Shown here one piece after another: positions 1-8,841 of a stretch of 64,000 bases of DNA (its first letter is position 1; each line of letters begins with the position of its first letter). Where the stretch lies: NCBI GenBank assembly GCA_040218735.1, contig JAVJQW010000042.1, positions 256,001 through 320,000 of the forward strand, given 5' to 3'. The stretch comes from Deltaproteobacteria bacterium. GTDB taxonomy: Bacteria > Myxococcota > Kuafuiibacteriia > Kuafuiibacteriales > Kuafuiibacteriaceae. A program made the position numbers and the translations under genes. The notes beneath the pieces are model-generated. The model was given only the letters and a program-made list of their open reading frames with translations, searched no databases and was not told where the DNA came from.

Positions 1-1725
1 GAGCAACATGAATTGCAGCGGGTCGTTGCGCTCCACGAGCTTCGGCGGGACGCGGTAGCGGCGCCAGTCGGCCTCGAAGTCGGTCACGAACGCACCGCGC
101 TTGGTGTACGTGCGGTACGGCGCGCGGTCGCCGGGTGCGAAGTAGACGTTGCTGTCCCAGCGGTCCGCCGGGACGTCCTGCGAGAGATCTTCGCCGGTGC
201 AGAGCTTCTCGAAGAACGCGGGGGCGCTGTCCGCGCCGGGGAAGCGGCCGCCGACGCCGACGATCGCGATGTCGCAGCGCTTTGCCTTGCGGCCGGACTC
301 GGAGAGCGCGGGGGTGGCGGCGGTGACGCGCGACGGCGCCTCCTCGACGACGACGTGGTAGTTGAGCCCGCCGATCCCGAACGCGTTGACGCCGACACGT
401 CGCACGCCGTCGGTCTCGAACGGGCGCGGCGCGGTGACGACCTCCACGGCGAGCTCGTTCCAGGGGATCTGATCGCTTGGGTTCTTGAAGTTGCCGGTGG
501 GCGGGATCGTCGCGTTCTCGAGCGCGAGGATCGCCTTCACGAGCCCGGCGGCGCCCGCGGCTTCGCGGCAGTGGCCGATGTTGCCCTTCACCGAGCCGAC
601 CGGCATCGGCTTGCCGCCGCGCGCTTCGGCGTAGACCTCGTGGAGGGATTCGAGCTCGGTGCGGTCGCCGAGGGGGGTGCTGGTGGCGTGGCCTTCGATC
701 AGATCCACGGTGCCGGGATCGATCTGCCCCATCGCGTACGCGCGGCGCATCGCGAGGACCTGGCCTTCGCGGCGCGGCGCCCAGAGGGCCTTGCCCTTGC
801 CGTCGCAGCTGCCGCCGACGCCGCGGATGATCGCGCGGATCTTGTTGCCGTCACGGAGCGCGTCTTCGAGGCGGCGGAGCATCACGAGGCCGAAGCCGTC
901 GGAGCTGATGAAGCCGTCGGCGCGTTGGTCGAAGGGGAAGCTGCCGTTCGGCGAGAGCGCGCGCGATTGCGCGAACATGATCACCGACAGCTCTTGCGAG
1001 TAACTCGCGCCGCCGACGATCGCGGCGTCGAGGCGGTTGTCGAGGAGGGCGCGGACACCGATGTCGAGGGCGGCGAAGGACGAGGCACACGCGGCGTCGA
1101 CGACCATGTGGCGGCCGGTGAGGCCGAAGCTGTTGGCGACGAGCCCGGCGAGCGCGGAGGTCATGGCGCCGACCGCGCCGTCCTCGGTGCGGCGCGGGTA
1201 GTGGGTATGGACGCGTTCGACGATCTCGGCCTTGAGGTCGGCGAGGCGGTCGAGGCCGAGCGCGGCGAGCGTGGGCGCGTCGTCGAGCGCTTGCACCATC
1301 TGTTCGACCGCGGTCGAAAACGCGATGTTGCTGGAGCGCTCGGAGCCGCGTGCGTGGCCGACGATGACGCCGACGTTGGCGCCGGTGAGCGCGAAGGGGT
1401 CGTAGCCGGCGTCTTCGAGCGTGGCGCGGGCGCACTCGAGGGCCCACAGGTGGGCGACGTCGGTGTTCTCGACGACCTTCGGCGGCATGCGGAACGCGGT
1501 GCTGTCGAAGGGGTGTTCGTCGACCAGGCCGCCGAGATCGCAGTAGCTCTTCCCGTACGCGCCGATCTCGGGATCGTAGTAACGCGCTCGGTCGAAGCGT
1601 TCGGCCGGCATCGGCGCGATCGCGTAGACGTCGTTCAGGACGTTGTCCCAGTACGCGTGTTCGTCGGCGGCGCCCGGAAATCGGCACGCCATCCCGACCA
1701 CGGCGATCGCGGTTTCGTCGGCCAA
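1..1725 (-). CDS. Iterative type I PKS / PUFA-synthase-like protein with tandem ketosynthase domains (runs off window edge)
   Basis: Not in ORF track; translated manually from the minus strand: TTG at 1725, AIAVVGMACRFPGA, VDAACASS (catalytic Cys), EGHATSTPLGD, SVKGNIGH, GVNAFGIGGLNYHVVVEE, then a second KS-type start DIAIVGVGGRFPGA. Frame is open to position 1. Confidence 0.9.
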   Translation of the reverse strand, partial: MADETAIAVVGMACRFPGAADEHAYWDNVLNDVYAIAPMPAERFDRARYYDPEIGAYGKSYCDLGGLVDEHPFDSTAFRMPPKVVENTDVAHLWALECARATLEDAGYDPFALTGANVGVIVGHARGSERSSNIAFSTAVEQMVQALDDAPTLAALGLDRLADLKAEIVERVHTHYPRRTEDGAVGAMTSALAGLVANSFGLTGRHMVVDAACASSFAALDIGVRALLDNRLDAAIVGGASYSQELSVIMFAQSRALSPNGSFPFDQRADGFISSDGFGLVMLRRLEDALRDGNKIRAIIRGVGGSCDGKGKALWAPRREGQVLAMRRAYAMGQIDPGTVDLIEGHATSTPLGDRTELESLHEVYAEARGGKPMPVGSVKGNIGHCREAAGAAGLVKAILALENATIPPTGNFKNPSDQIPWNELAVEVVTAPRPFETDGVRRVGVNAFGIGGLNYHVVVEEAPSRVTAATPALSESGRKAKRCDIAIVGVGGRFPGADSAPAFFEKLCTGEDLSQDVPADRWDSNVYFAPGDRAPYRTYTKRGAFVTDFEADWRRYRVPPKLVERNDPLQFMLL

Positions 1726-1908
1726 GGACTCCAGGGTCGAATCCCCCCAAATCTGAGTAAATACGACGACCTGCGTGGGGGATACGCCTGTTCAGACCGG
1801 GGTGGCTGGTCAAGGCCTCCGATCGATGCTACTTACCCGTCCCTTCGTCGGGACGACTGCAGACGGTCACCGACGATGATCCGAAGACCCCACGAGAGGT
1901 ACACGTAC

Positions 1909-2313
1909 ATGGCAACCCGTACCCGGAAGAGCAAGGAAGAGAAGCCGCTCTCCAAAAAGGAGCTCGAGCAGTTCAAGAAGCGGCTCGAAGACCTCCGCGA
2001 CGAAGTGAGCGCCCGAATCCGGGAGCGTGCGAGCACCGCGCGCGTCGACGAAAACGACCTCATCGAAGAGATGGACCAGGCCAATCGCGCCACCGAGGAG
2101 GCCTTCAACATGCGCCTGCTCGACAAGGAGGTGAAGCTCCTCCGCGAGATCCAGGTCGCCATCGCGAAGTTCGACGAAGGCACCTACGGCCTGTGTGAAG
2201 GCACCGAGGAGCAGATCGAGCGCCGGCGCCTGGAGGCCCGTCCTTGGACGCGTTACTCCGTCGCCTACAAGGAGCAGCTCGAACGCGAGAAGAAGGGCCG
2301 CGCCGCGCGCTGA
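1909..2313 (+). CDS. dksA: DksA/TraR-family RNA polymerase-binding factor, one-Cys (probably Zn-independent) type
   Basis: C-terminal 134 aa of track ORF 13..2313. ATG 1909 follows GAGGT. Coiled coil with EEMDQA tip, then GTYGLCEGTEEQIERRRLEARPWTRYSV. Confidence 0.85.
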   Translation: MATRTRKSKEEKPLSKKELEQFKKRLEDLRDEVSARIRERASTARVDENDLIEEMDQANRATEEAFNMRLLDKEVKLLREIQVAIAKFDEGTYGLCEGTEEQIERRRLEARPWTRYSVAYKEQLEREKKGRAAR

Positions 2314-2398
2314 GCGAGGGCCCCGAGCCCCATACTCTCCATGCGACCCCGTCGCAGCCTCGTGCGGGCGATCCCATCGCAGCCGCCGAGTTTCATCC

Positions 2399-2431
2399 CC
2401 GACCGTCGTAGGCTGGGGCCCCGACGGTCGG
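2399..2431. promoter_or_regulatory. 10-bp perfect inverted repeat enclosing a -10-like hexamer
   Basis: CCGACCGTCG (2399-2408) pairs with CGACGGTCGG (2422-2431). The spacer contains TAGGCT, and the repeat abuts the probable GTG start at 2431. Confidence 0.35.
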
Positions 2432-3627
2432 TGAAGGTGCGCGCGAACGCACTTCGGCGGTGGGTCCTCCCTTCGGCCTACGTACTTGCCTGGATGTTCG
2501 CACCCACCGCGGCGTGGGCGCAGGCCTTCGAGCCCGCCTACGGCGTCGAGCTGAGCCAGGGGACGTTGGTCGCGCCGTCCCGGATCGTCGGTATGGGGGG
2601 CGCCTTCGTGAGCATCGCGGAGGGGGCGGGCGCGTACGAGATCAACCCGGCGGCGGCGGCGATCCGGTACCCGCACAACAAGGACGAGCTGTGGGACTGG
2701 GACTTCGCGCTCGAGGGCATCGTGTCGCCGCGCGACTCGGCGGACTTCGAGAACAGCCGTCGTGAGGCGTCGCGCGTCGACAACCTCGCGGCGGCGTACG
2801 CGTCGCTCGGTTTCGTCGCGGAGCACTTCGGGATGGGCGTGGCGATCTCGGCGTCGTCGCTGCAGGTGAAAACGGAGGGGCAAGATCCCATCACGCTCAC
2901 CGGCGGCACGCTGTCGTTGGTCGGCGGCTACAACCTGATGCAGGGCCAGTTGGTGTTGGGGCTCGGCGTGGCGTTGGGTTCCACGAACGCGGATCGTGCG
3001 GCGCAGCTCGAGTTCTTCGGGATCGGCTTGGTCGCCGGCGGCGTCGCGCAGCCGAAGGGGCAGCCGTACCGGTTCGGCTTCACGCTGAAGACGCGCACCA
3101 CGATGAGCGCGCAGGAGGGGACGGTGCCGGGGATGCGCACGGCCGACCTGCTGGTGCCGACGTCGTTCGTCGTGCCCGCGCAGCTCACGGTCGGCATGTC
3201 GTACTCGTTCGGCAGCCGCGCGAACAACGTGACGAAGACGTTCGGCACGCGCGAAGCCGAAAAGGACGACGCGCTCCCCAAGGAACGCGACTTCGTGACC
3301 GTCGCGGCCGACGTCGTCTTCACGGAGGCCCTCGAACGCGTCGCGGGCTTCCAAGCCTGGGCCGACGACGTCCTCCAACCCGCCGGCCAAGCCGTCACGG
3401 TCGGTCTGCATATCGGCGCGGAGAGCGAGATCATCGACAACCGCCTGAAGCTACGCGCGGGCGGTTATTACGAACCGAGCCGCTTCGCGGGCAGCGGCCG
3501 CTTCCACGGAACGACGGGTTTCGACCTGCGGCTGTTCGAGTTGATCTGGGACTGGAAGTTCGCGTTCGCGGGTGACTTCGCGAAACGCTACACGAACCTG
3601 ATCTTCTCGATCGGGTTCTGGCACTGA
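2431..3627 (+). CDS. Outer-membrane beta-barrel, FadL/OmpP1-like
   Basis: Signal peptide ending AWA-Q; N-terminal RIVGMGGAFVSIAEGAGAYEINPAA motif; alternating amphipathic strands; aromatic C-terminus (IGFWH). Start uncertain (track starts at 2341). Confidence 0.65.
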   Translation: MKVRANALRRWVLPSAYVLAWMFAPTAAWAQAFEPAYGVELSQGTLVAPSRIVGMGGAFVSIAEGAGAYEINPAAAAIRYPHNKDELWDWDFALEGIVSPRDSADFENSRREASRVDNLAAAYASLGFVAEHFGMGVAISASSLQVKTEGQDPITLTGGTLSLVGGYNLMQGQLVLGLGVALGSTNADRAAQLEFFGIGLVAGGVAQPKGQPYRFGFTLKTRTTMSAQEGTVPGMRTADLLVPTSFVVPAQLTVGMSYSFGSRANNVTKTFGTREAEKDDALPKERDFVTVAADVVFTEALERVAGFQAWADDVLQPAGQAVTVGLHIGAESEIIDNRLKLRAGGYYEPSRFAGSGRFHGTTGFDLRLFELIWDWKFAFAGDFAKRYTNLIFSIGFWH

Positions 3628-3683
3628 CTCCGACCCCGCGGCCTGACCTCCGCTCGCGATCACGCTACTCTTGCGCCGCTGGC

Positions 3684-6600
3684 ATGGCGCGAATCTTCGT
3701 ATCGTACAGCCACCAGGATCGGGCCTGGAAATCGAGAGTGGTGAGTTACATCGACGCCGCGGATCTCGACACGTGGGACGACGATGACATCGAAGTTGGT
3801 GCCGACTGGTTCGGTCGGATTCGCGGAGCAATCGGAGCCGCTGACGCGGCCGTTCTCCTTATCTCTCCCGACTTCCTTCGGTCGAAGTTTGTCCGCGAGC
3901 ACGAGATGCCGCGACTGCTTGGGGAGCGCTCGAATCGCGGTATGAAGATCTTTCCGATCATCGTTCGGCCGTCTCCGCTCGAACCGCACGTCTGGCTGCG
4001 CGAGATGCAGGTTCGACCCCGTGACCTCGAACCCTTAAGCGCCATGACCGACGTCGATGCCGACAAGGTACTTGCCGAGTTTGCGAGTGAGGTACAGAGT
4101 CTCGTCCGTACCAACGTCTCGATGGCCGCGGTCTCCGTCGACGATGTCGAACCCTGGTGGCCAGATGGTGTTCCGCTTCCGCGCCGCCCCTACCCGCTGC
4201 TGGAGCCGTATCGTAGCCCAGAGCTCTACGCCGGCCGGACGCACGAGATCGACGCCTTCGCCTCAGCCGTTCGTGAACCCAAGTTAGTGACTCCGCTGTA
4301 CGGCTCATCCGGCGTTGGAAAGAGCTCATTCATAAACTGTGGTTTGGCACCACGCCTACGCGGTGATGCCGACGACCGCCAGAGTGCGGTTGCGGTGGAG
4401 CGAACGCCGGGGGCGCCGGGGCTATTGAATCGACTCCTCGTTGGCGTGCTGCGAACGCCTCTCGAACCCAAGGTCGGCGATCGCGATGTTGTTCGCTTCC
4501 TGTCAACGGTCGAACGTCTGCGCCAAAAGACTGGATATCCGCCGGTTTTCATTCTCGATCAGTTCGAGGACGCCTTCAAAGGAGACGAGAGTGCTCTTGC
4601 GCGGATTGGCCCCGTCTTGGGGCATACGGCCGTCCAGGGAGATCAACAGTTTCAGTTCGTCTGCCGGTGGGTTCTCTCGTATCGCGAGGAGTTTCATGGA
4701 GCTGTGGAGCAGTGGCTTGCCGACTATCTTCGTCCCGCGCGGATGTCCGAGGTTCTGGGGATCGACAACCTTCCCACGTCGCTTCTCACCCCGGAGTTCT
4801 ACAATCGGACCGTGGCGGGTTTGCGGCCCATGGCGACGCCGCTTCCCCCGCTGGCCGGTGACGCCGCGATGGAGTGGGTCACGGACCGATTCGTCGAGGC
4901 GATTGGCCGGCCCCTCGAGGCGCGACGGGAAGATGGGACCATGGCTTTCCACCTTAAGATTGCCGGCGATGGCCTGCGCAGGCTCGCAGCAGCGTTTGCG
5001 CGTGAGCGTGTCGCTCATCCACGGGCTCCACTTACAACGGAGCTCCAGGTGGTGCTCGATGCGTTGCTGCAAGGTGTGAGTTGGACGGACGACAGGACCG
5101 TGCAGCTGACGTCGGATCTCGACGCGTGCATCGAGGGCGCACTCGAACGTCACCTGGAGCGAAAGCTCCGCGAGGCCTTTCAGGCTGATGATCACCCTCA
5201 ACAAATGCGTACCCGCGGGCTGTTGGTCCTTCTGCGTCTGGCGGACGAGGCGGGCGCGTCCGCGCCGGTTCCGGTCGAGGAACTCGAGAGTTATCTCGGT
5301 AGCGAAGGAGCCGCGGTTCTGGACGGGCTCGCGAGGTCTGATGTGCGGCTGATCATGAAGCAGCGCCACGATCTCACGGCGGTTTATGCCCTTCCGCATG
5401 ACCGGCTCGCGAGTGTTGTGCGTCGGGTCGGCCAAGAGCCGCACACACGTGCGCGGTACGGGCTTGATGATGAGCTTCTTCGGACCCAGGAGCTCGTCGC
5501 GTCGTTGGTGGCTCTGCACCGCAAGGCCCGTGATCTACCTGAAGAAGAGGAGAAGCTACGTCATCAGGCATGTGACCTTAGCGCCGATGTGCGGAAATCC
5601 GTCGAACGCTACGCGCCCTTTCTCGTTGTCGGAGAAGACGCTTGTCTTTGGTGGGCCGACGTGAAGGCGTTCCAGATCCGGGCGCTGGCGCGCGCCCTTC
5701 GGAATCGGAGGATCAAGGTCCTCGTTGGTCTCGTGGTGACCGTCGTAGCTATCTCAGGGATCGCAATCCTCTACGCTTCGGTCTATCACGGCTTTCGCCG
5801 CGCAATCTGGGACGCAAATAGCTACCAAAGCGCGGTGAAAGCACGTGAGAGATTTCGCGTATTGCCGCTTGCTGGGGAACAGGCAGATTCGAGCTTCCGT
5901 GACTATCTTCTTGGCAAGGCTGCCAGGATCGCGTTGACGGGTGACACGCTCGCTGCTGGGCTCGTCCGACAAGAGGCCCTCAAATTGGCCCCTGATGAAG
6001 TCGTAGAACGTCGCGACAATCCGTGGCTCATTCACTTGCGCGAGCGGCCGATCGCTGTACGAATGTCTCCACACGGCGTCTTCGTGGCCATTAGACTTCG
6101 GAGTGGCTTGGAAGTCTGGGAGGTGGCGTCAGAAGGGGTTCGACACTATGCTCACTACCCTTCTTCGCGTTCGATCTCGTTGTTTGCAGTCGATGATGCT
6201 GGCCGCCTAGTGCTGCCGGGATCGAAGCCTAATACGGTACGTTATCGCGAACACGTAGTTCCCATTCCGGAATGGGCTGTCGATATCTGGGTAGACTGGA
6301 GGTCCGAGGATCGGCTGTGGGTGTCAGAGGATCTCGGGCCGAATCTCTGCCTGAACAGGATAGACATCGTAAGCGGTGCGGAGCTTGAACGCCGGCTCGT
6401 GGGTCGGCGTGCAGCCGAGGCTCGCAAGACAATCGAAGAAAAGGTCAAATTGGCTCGTCTTCCATGCCCTGAGCGATCTGGCGTGGAGTTTGTTGACCTC
6501 GGTGATCAGAGTATAGGCGGTGGATCCGAGAGTGTGTCCGATTCCGGAGTGCTTGATTGTGTTGAACGGGGCTGTGTTCATGCATTAATGCCAAGGTGCC

Positions 6601-7745
6601 TGGAGTTTCGTCCAGATTCAGAGTCCGGTACGCATGGTGGAGCATCATTCATTGGTCCTGTAGGTATGACCAGTGATGGCATGGCGGCTCTCCTGAGGGC
6701 TCCGACCTCGTCCGGTTCAGCTAGCTACGAACTGATTGTTGCCGACGTTCGCCGACGGCGAATTCTTCCAGATAGGGCTCTCGGCGTTCGTGTTGACCGG
6801 AACGAAGTAGCATCTTGGGTGGAAAGTCTGAGACTGGATGAGCTTCCTCCGGCGTATCGAGAGTTTCACATCGCACTCGGCGGTGCACTTTTCTCTTTTG
6901 CGGCGCATCGCTTGCATCGTACGGAGATCGCGTCCGCAAAGATCCAGTTCGGCAACGCGGTCGAAGACGCGAACTCCTTAGCCATTCTCGGGCGAAGAGG
7001 TTTCAGCGTGTGCCGAGTTTCCGGTGGATGCCTGCCTAATGTTGAGCTTCCGCGTATGCATAAAATCGTCGTTCCTTTGTCGAACGCCCGCACACTTGCA
7101 CTATCCGCTAGCGATGAAGCGCACCGGTGGTACCTTCTAGACGGGCTCGACGATACGAAAACAGAGCTGACGGCGGTTTCGGACCTCGGGATGTTTGATC
7201 TTCCGTTTGTTCTTGCCCCAGACCGTATACTGACGCGGAACATCTATGACTACAAGATCTCCATCCGCACTGCCGGCGGAAAGGTTCTGTGTAGTCTCCC
7301 GATCGAAGAGCGCGCCAAAGTGGCCCTTGGGCCTCAACGCCGTCACATGCTTGCCTACACGGAGTCTTCGACCCTACTTCACTACGATCTCGATCAGTGC
7401 ACTGGGACCACCATTCGCGTTCCCGGCCCCAAGGAGCCCTTTGGCGAACAAGTCGTAGCGTTTGATCCGACGGAGGGCTGGGCTCTGCTTGTTCTTAGCG
7501 ACAAGCGGCTCTACTTCCGGCTGTCGCTCGGCGAAATTCGTCTACGGGACGTGAGACCCAACGGCTTCAGGAGCCTTGAGAGGGGTAGGCGCGGCGCTCA
7601 AGGCGCGAGTTGGCTCGACCGGATCGACACCTGGGATAGGGTTCCATCCTCGCCGCGCCTAACGTTCGAAGAACGTGTAGGGTATCGACTCGATCCGGAA
7701 ACGCGTACGATAGATCCCATTGGAACCGTTGTCCCGCTTGACTAG
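3684..7745 (+). CDS. TIR domain - STAND NTPase (nSTAND1-like) - TM helix - C-terminal beta-rich sensor domain
   Basis: IFVSYSHQD...LLISPDFLRSKFVREHE (TIR); PYPLLEPY...YAGR, GSSGVGKSS (Walker A), FILDQFED (Walker B), LPHDRLA; TM IKVLVGLVVTVVAISGIAILY. GC is lower than the flanks. Confidence 0.85.
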   Translation: MARIFVSYSHQDRAWKSRVVSYIDAADLDTWDDDDIEVGADWFGRIRGAIGAADAAVLLISPDFLRSKFVREHEMPRLLGERSNRGMKIFPIIVRPSPLEPHVWLREMQVRPRDLEPLSAMTDVDADKVLAEFASEVQSLVRTNVSMAAVSVDDVEPWWPDGVPLPRRPYPLLEPYRSPELYAGRTHEIDAFASAVREPKLVTPLYGSSGVGKSSFINCGLAPRLRGDADDRQSAVAVERTPGAPGLLNRLLVGVLRTPLEPKVGDRDVVRFLSTVERLRQKTGYPPVFILDQFEDAFKGDESALARIGPVLGHTAVQGDQQFQFVCRWVLSYREEFHGAVEQWLADYLRPARMSEVLGIDNLPTSLLTPEFYNRTVAGLRPMATPLPPLAGDAAMEWVTDRFVEAIGRPLEARREDGTMAFHLKIAGDGLRRLAAAFARERVAHPRAPLTTELQVVLDALLQGVSWTDDRTVQLTSDLDACIEGALERHLERKLREAFQADDHPQQMRTRGLLVLLRLADEAGASAPVPVEELESYLGSEGAAVLDGLARSDVRLIMKQRHDLTAVYALPHDRLASVVRRVGQEPHTRARYGLDDELLRTQELVASLVALHRKARDLPEEEEKLRHQACDLSADVRKSVERYAPFLVVGEDACLWWADVKAFQIRALARALRNRRIKVLVGLVVTVVAISGIAILYASVYHGFRRAIWDANSYQSAVKARERFRVLPLAGEQADSSFRDYLLGKAARIALTGDTLAAGLVRQEALKLAPDEVVERRDNPWLIHLRERPIAVRMSPHGVFVAIRLRSGLEVWEVASEGVRHYAHYPSSRSISLFAVDDAGRLVLPGSKPNTVRYREHVVPIPEWAVDIWVDWRSEDRLWVSEDLGPNLCLNRIDIVSGAELERRLVGRRAAEARKTIEEKVKLARLPCPERSGVEFVDLGDQSIGGGSESVSDSGVLDCVERGCVHALMPRCLEFRPDSESGTHGGASFIGPVGMTSDGMAALLRAPTSSGSASYELIVADVRRRRILPDRALGVRVDRNEVASWVESLRLDELPPAYREFHIALGGALFSFAAHRLHRTEIASAKIQFGNAVEDANSLAILGRRGFSVCRVSGGCLPNVELPRMHKIVVPLSNARTLALSASDEAHRWYLLDGLDDTKTELTAVSDLGMFDLPFVLAPDRILTRNIYDYKISIRTAGGKVLCSLPIEERAKVALGPQRRHMLAYTESSTLLHYDLDQCTGTTIRVPGPKEPFGEQVVAFDPTEGWALLVLSDKRLYFRLSLGEIRLRDVRPNGFRSLERGRRGAQGASWLDRIDTWDRVPSSPRLTFEERVGYRLDPETRTIDPIGTVVPLD

Positions 7746-7763
7746 ACCGGTGTGAGACTAACC

Positions 7764-8627
7764 CTACTTCCCCGGGTGCGACTTCGGGAGCGCCTTCAGC
7801 TCGATCCCCTTCTCGTGACATTTCAAACAGTCCGCGTACGAGAAGGCGACCTCGCCCTGGTGGCACTCGACACACGTCGCCATCTTCGGGAGGACCAGCT
7901 TCGCGACCTTGCGGGCCTTCGGGACCTCGAAGTGGCAGCGCAGGCACGGGAGCGACGCGCCGCTGGTCGGGTCGGTCTTGTGGTCGGCGTGCGAGAACTT
8001 CCGGACCAGCGAGCGCGGGTTCTTCTGGTTCTTCGGTCGCTTGTGGCAGCCCGCGCAGTCGTTGATCGACGGCTCGACGTTTTTCTTCGTGTGGCAGTCG
8101 CAGCACTGCGCGTGCGCGGGGAGCTGCACCTTCTCGCCGCCGCGGACGAACGGGTGGCAGAACGTACAGTCCTTGTCGAAGCCGAAGCGCTTCTTCACGC
8201 GCATCTTCGGCGACAGGTGCAGCTTGTGGTCGAACACCGTGCGCAGCGGCGCGCGGTCGCCGGACTGGGGCTTCAGCGCCGACTGCTTCGTGATCGTGAT
8301 CTCCGTGTGGCAGTTCGTGCAGATCACCAGCGGCTTCTGGAAGAACGACGTCGGGTGGCAGCTGATGCACTTGTCGTGCGTCGGGTACGGCATCCGCGTG
8401 TCCTTGCAGATCGGGAACGCGCCCTTGTCCGCCACGTCCTTGTGCGCGTGGCAGTCGTTGCAGGTGTACTTGCGGTCCCCGGCCTTCGTCATCTGGGCCA
8501 GGTGTGTGTCGTGGTCGAACGGCTTCGACAGGTCCGCCGTTTCCTTGGGGAGGCCGGCCTGAGCGACGAGCGTCCCCGCCAGGCAACACGCAGCCGCCAG
8601 CGCCGCCAGCCCGATCCATCGCTTCAT
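7764..8627 (-). CDS. Periplasmic nonaheme cytochrome c (three c7/c3-type triheme repeats)
   Basis: Signal peptide MKRWIGLAALAAA. Nine CxxCH motifs (CNDCH, CISCH, CTNCH, CTFCH, CCDCH, CAGCH, CLRCH, CVECH, CLKCH) and three FxHxxH motifs. Confidence 0.9.
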   Translation of the reverse strand: MKRWIGLAALAAACCLAGTLVAQAGLPKETADLSKPFDHDTHLAQMTKAGDRKYTCNDCHAHKDVADKGAFPICKDTRMPYPTHDKCISCHPTSFFQKPLVICTNCHTEITITKQSALKPQSGDRAPLRTVFDHKLHLSPKMRVKKRFGFDKDCTFCHPFVRGGEKVQLPAHAQCCDCHTKKNVEPSINDCAGCHKRPKNQKNPRSLVRKFSHADHKTDPTSGASLPCLRCHFEVPKARKVAKLVLPKMATCVECHQGEVAFSYADCLKCHEKGIELKALPKSHPGK

Positions 8628-8841
8628 CACGCCCCGAATCTCTATCACAAACCGAAGGTTGGGCCACCGATTCGCCGACCCGCGAACTAGGGACGGACCC
8701 TCATGAGTCGAGCAGTGAAAACGTGCCGTCGAACCGGCGCCCGCAGGTTGAGACGACCGTTCCGCCCCGCCGATTCACTCCCTGCGGTCCGCGCTTGAAC
8801 GAAAGCGTGCTTCGGCCGACGATTCGCCCGACGGACTCCAC

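Noticed and set aside
13-2313. 766-aa ORF appearing to fuse a long N-terminus to DksA
   Set aside because: The first ~575 codons are the antisense shadow of the PKS gene. DksA has its own RBS and ATG at 1909.
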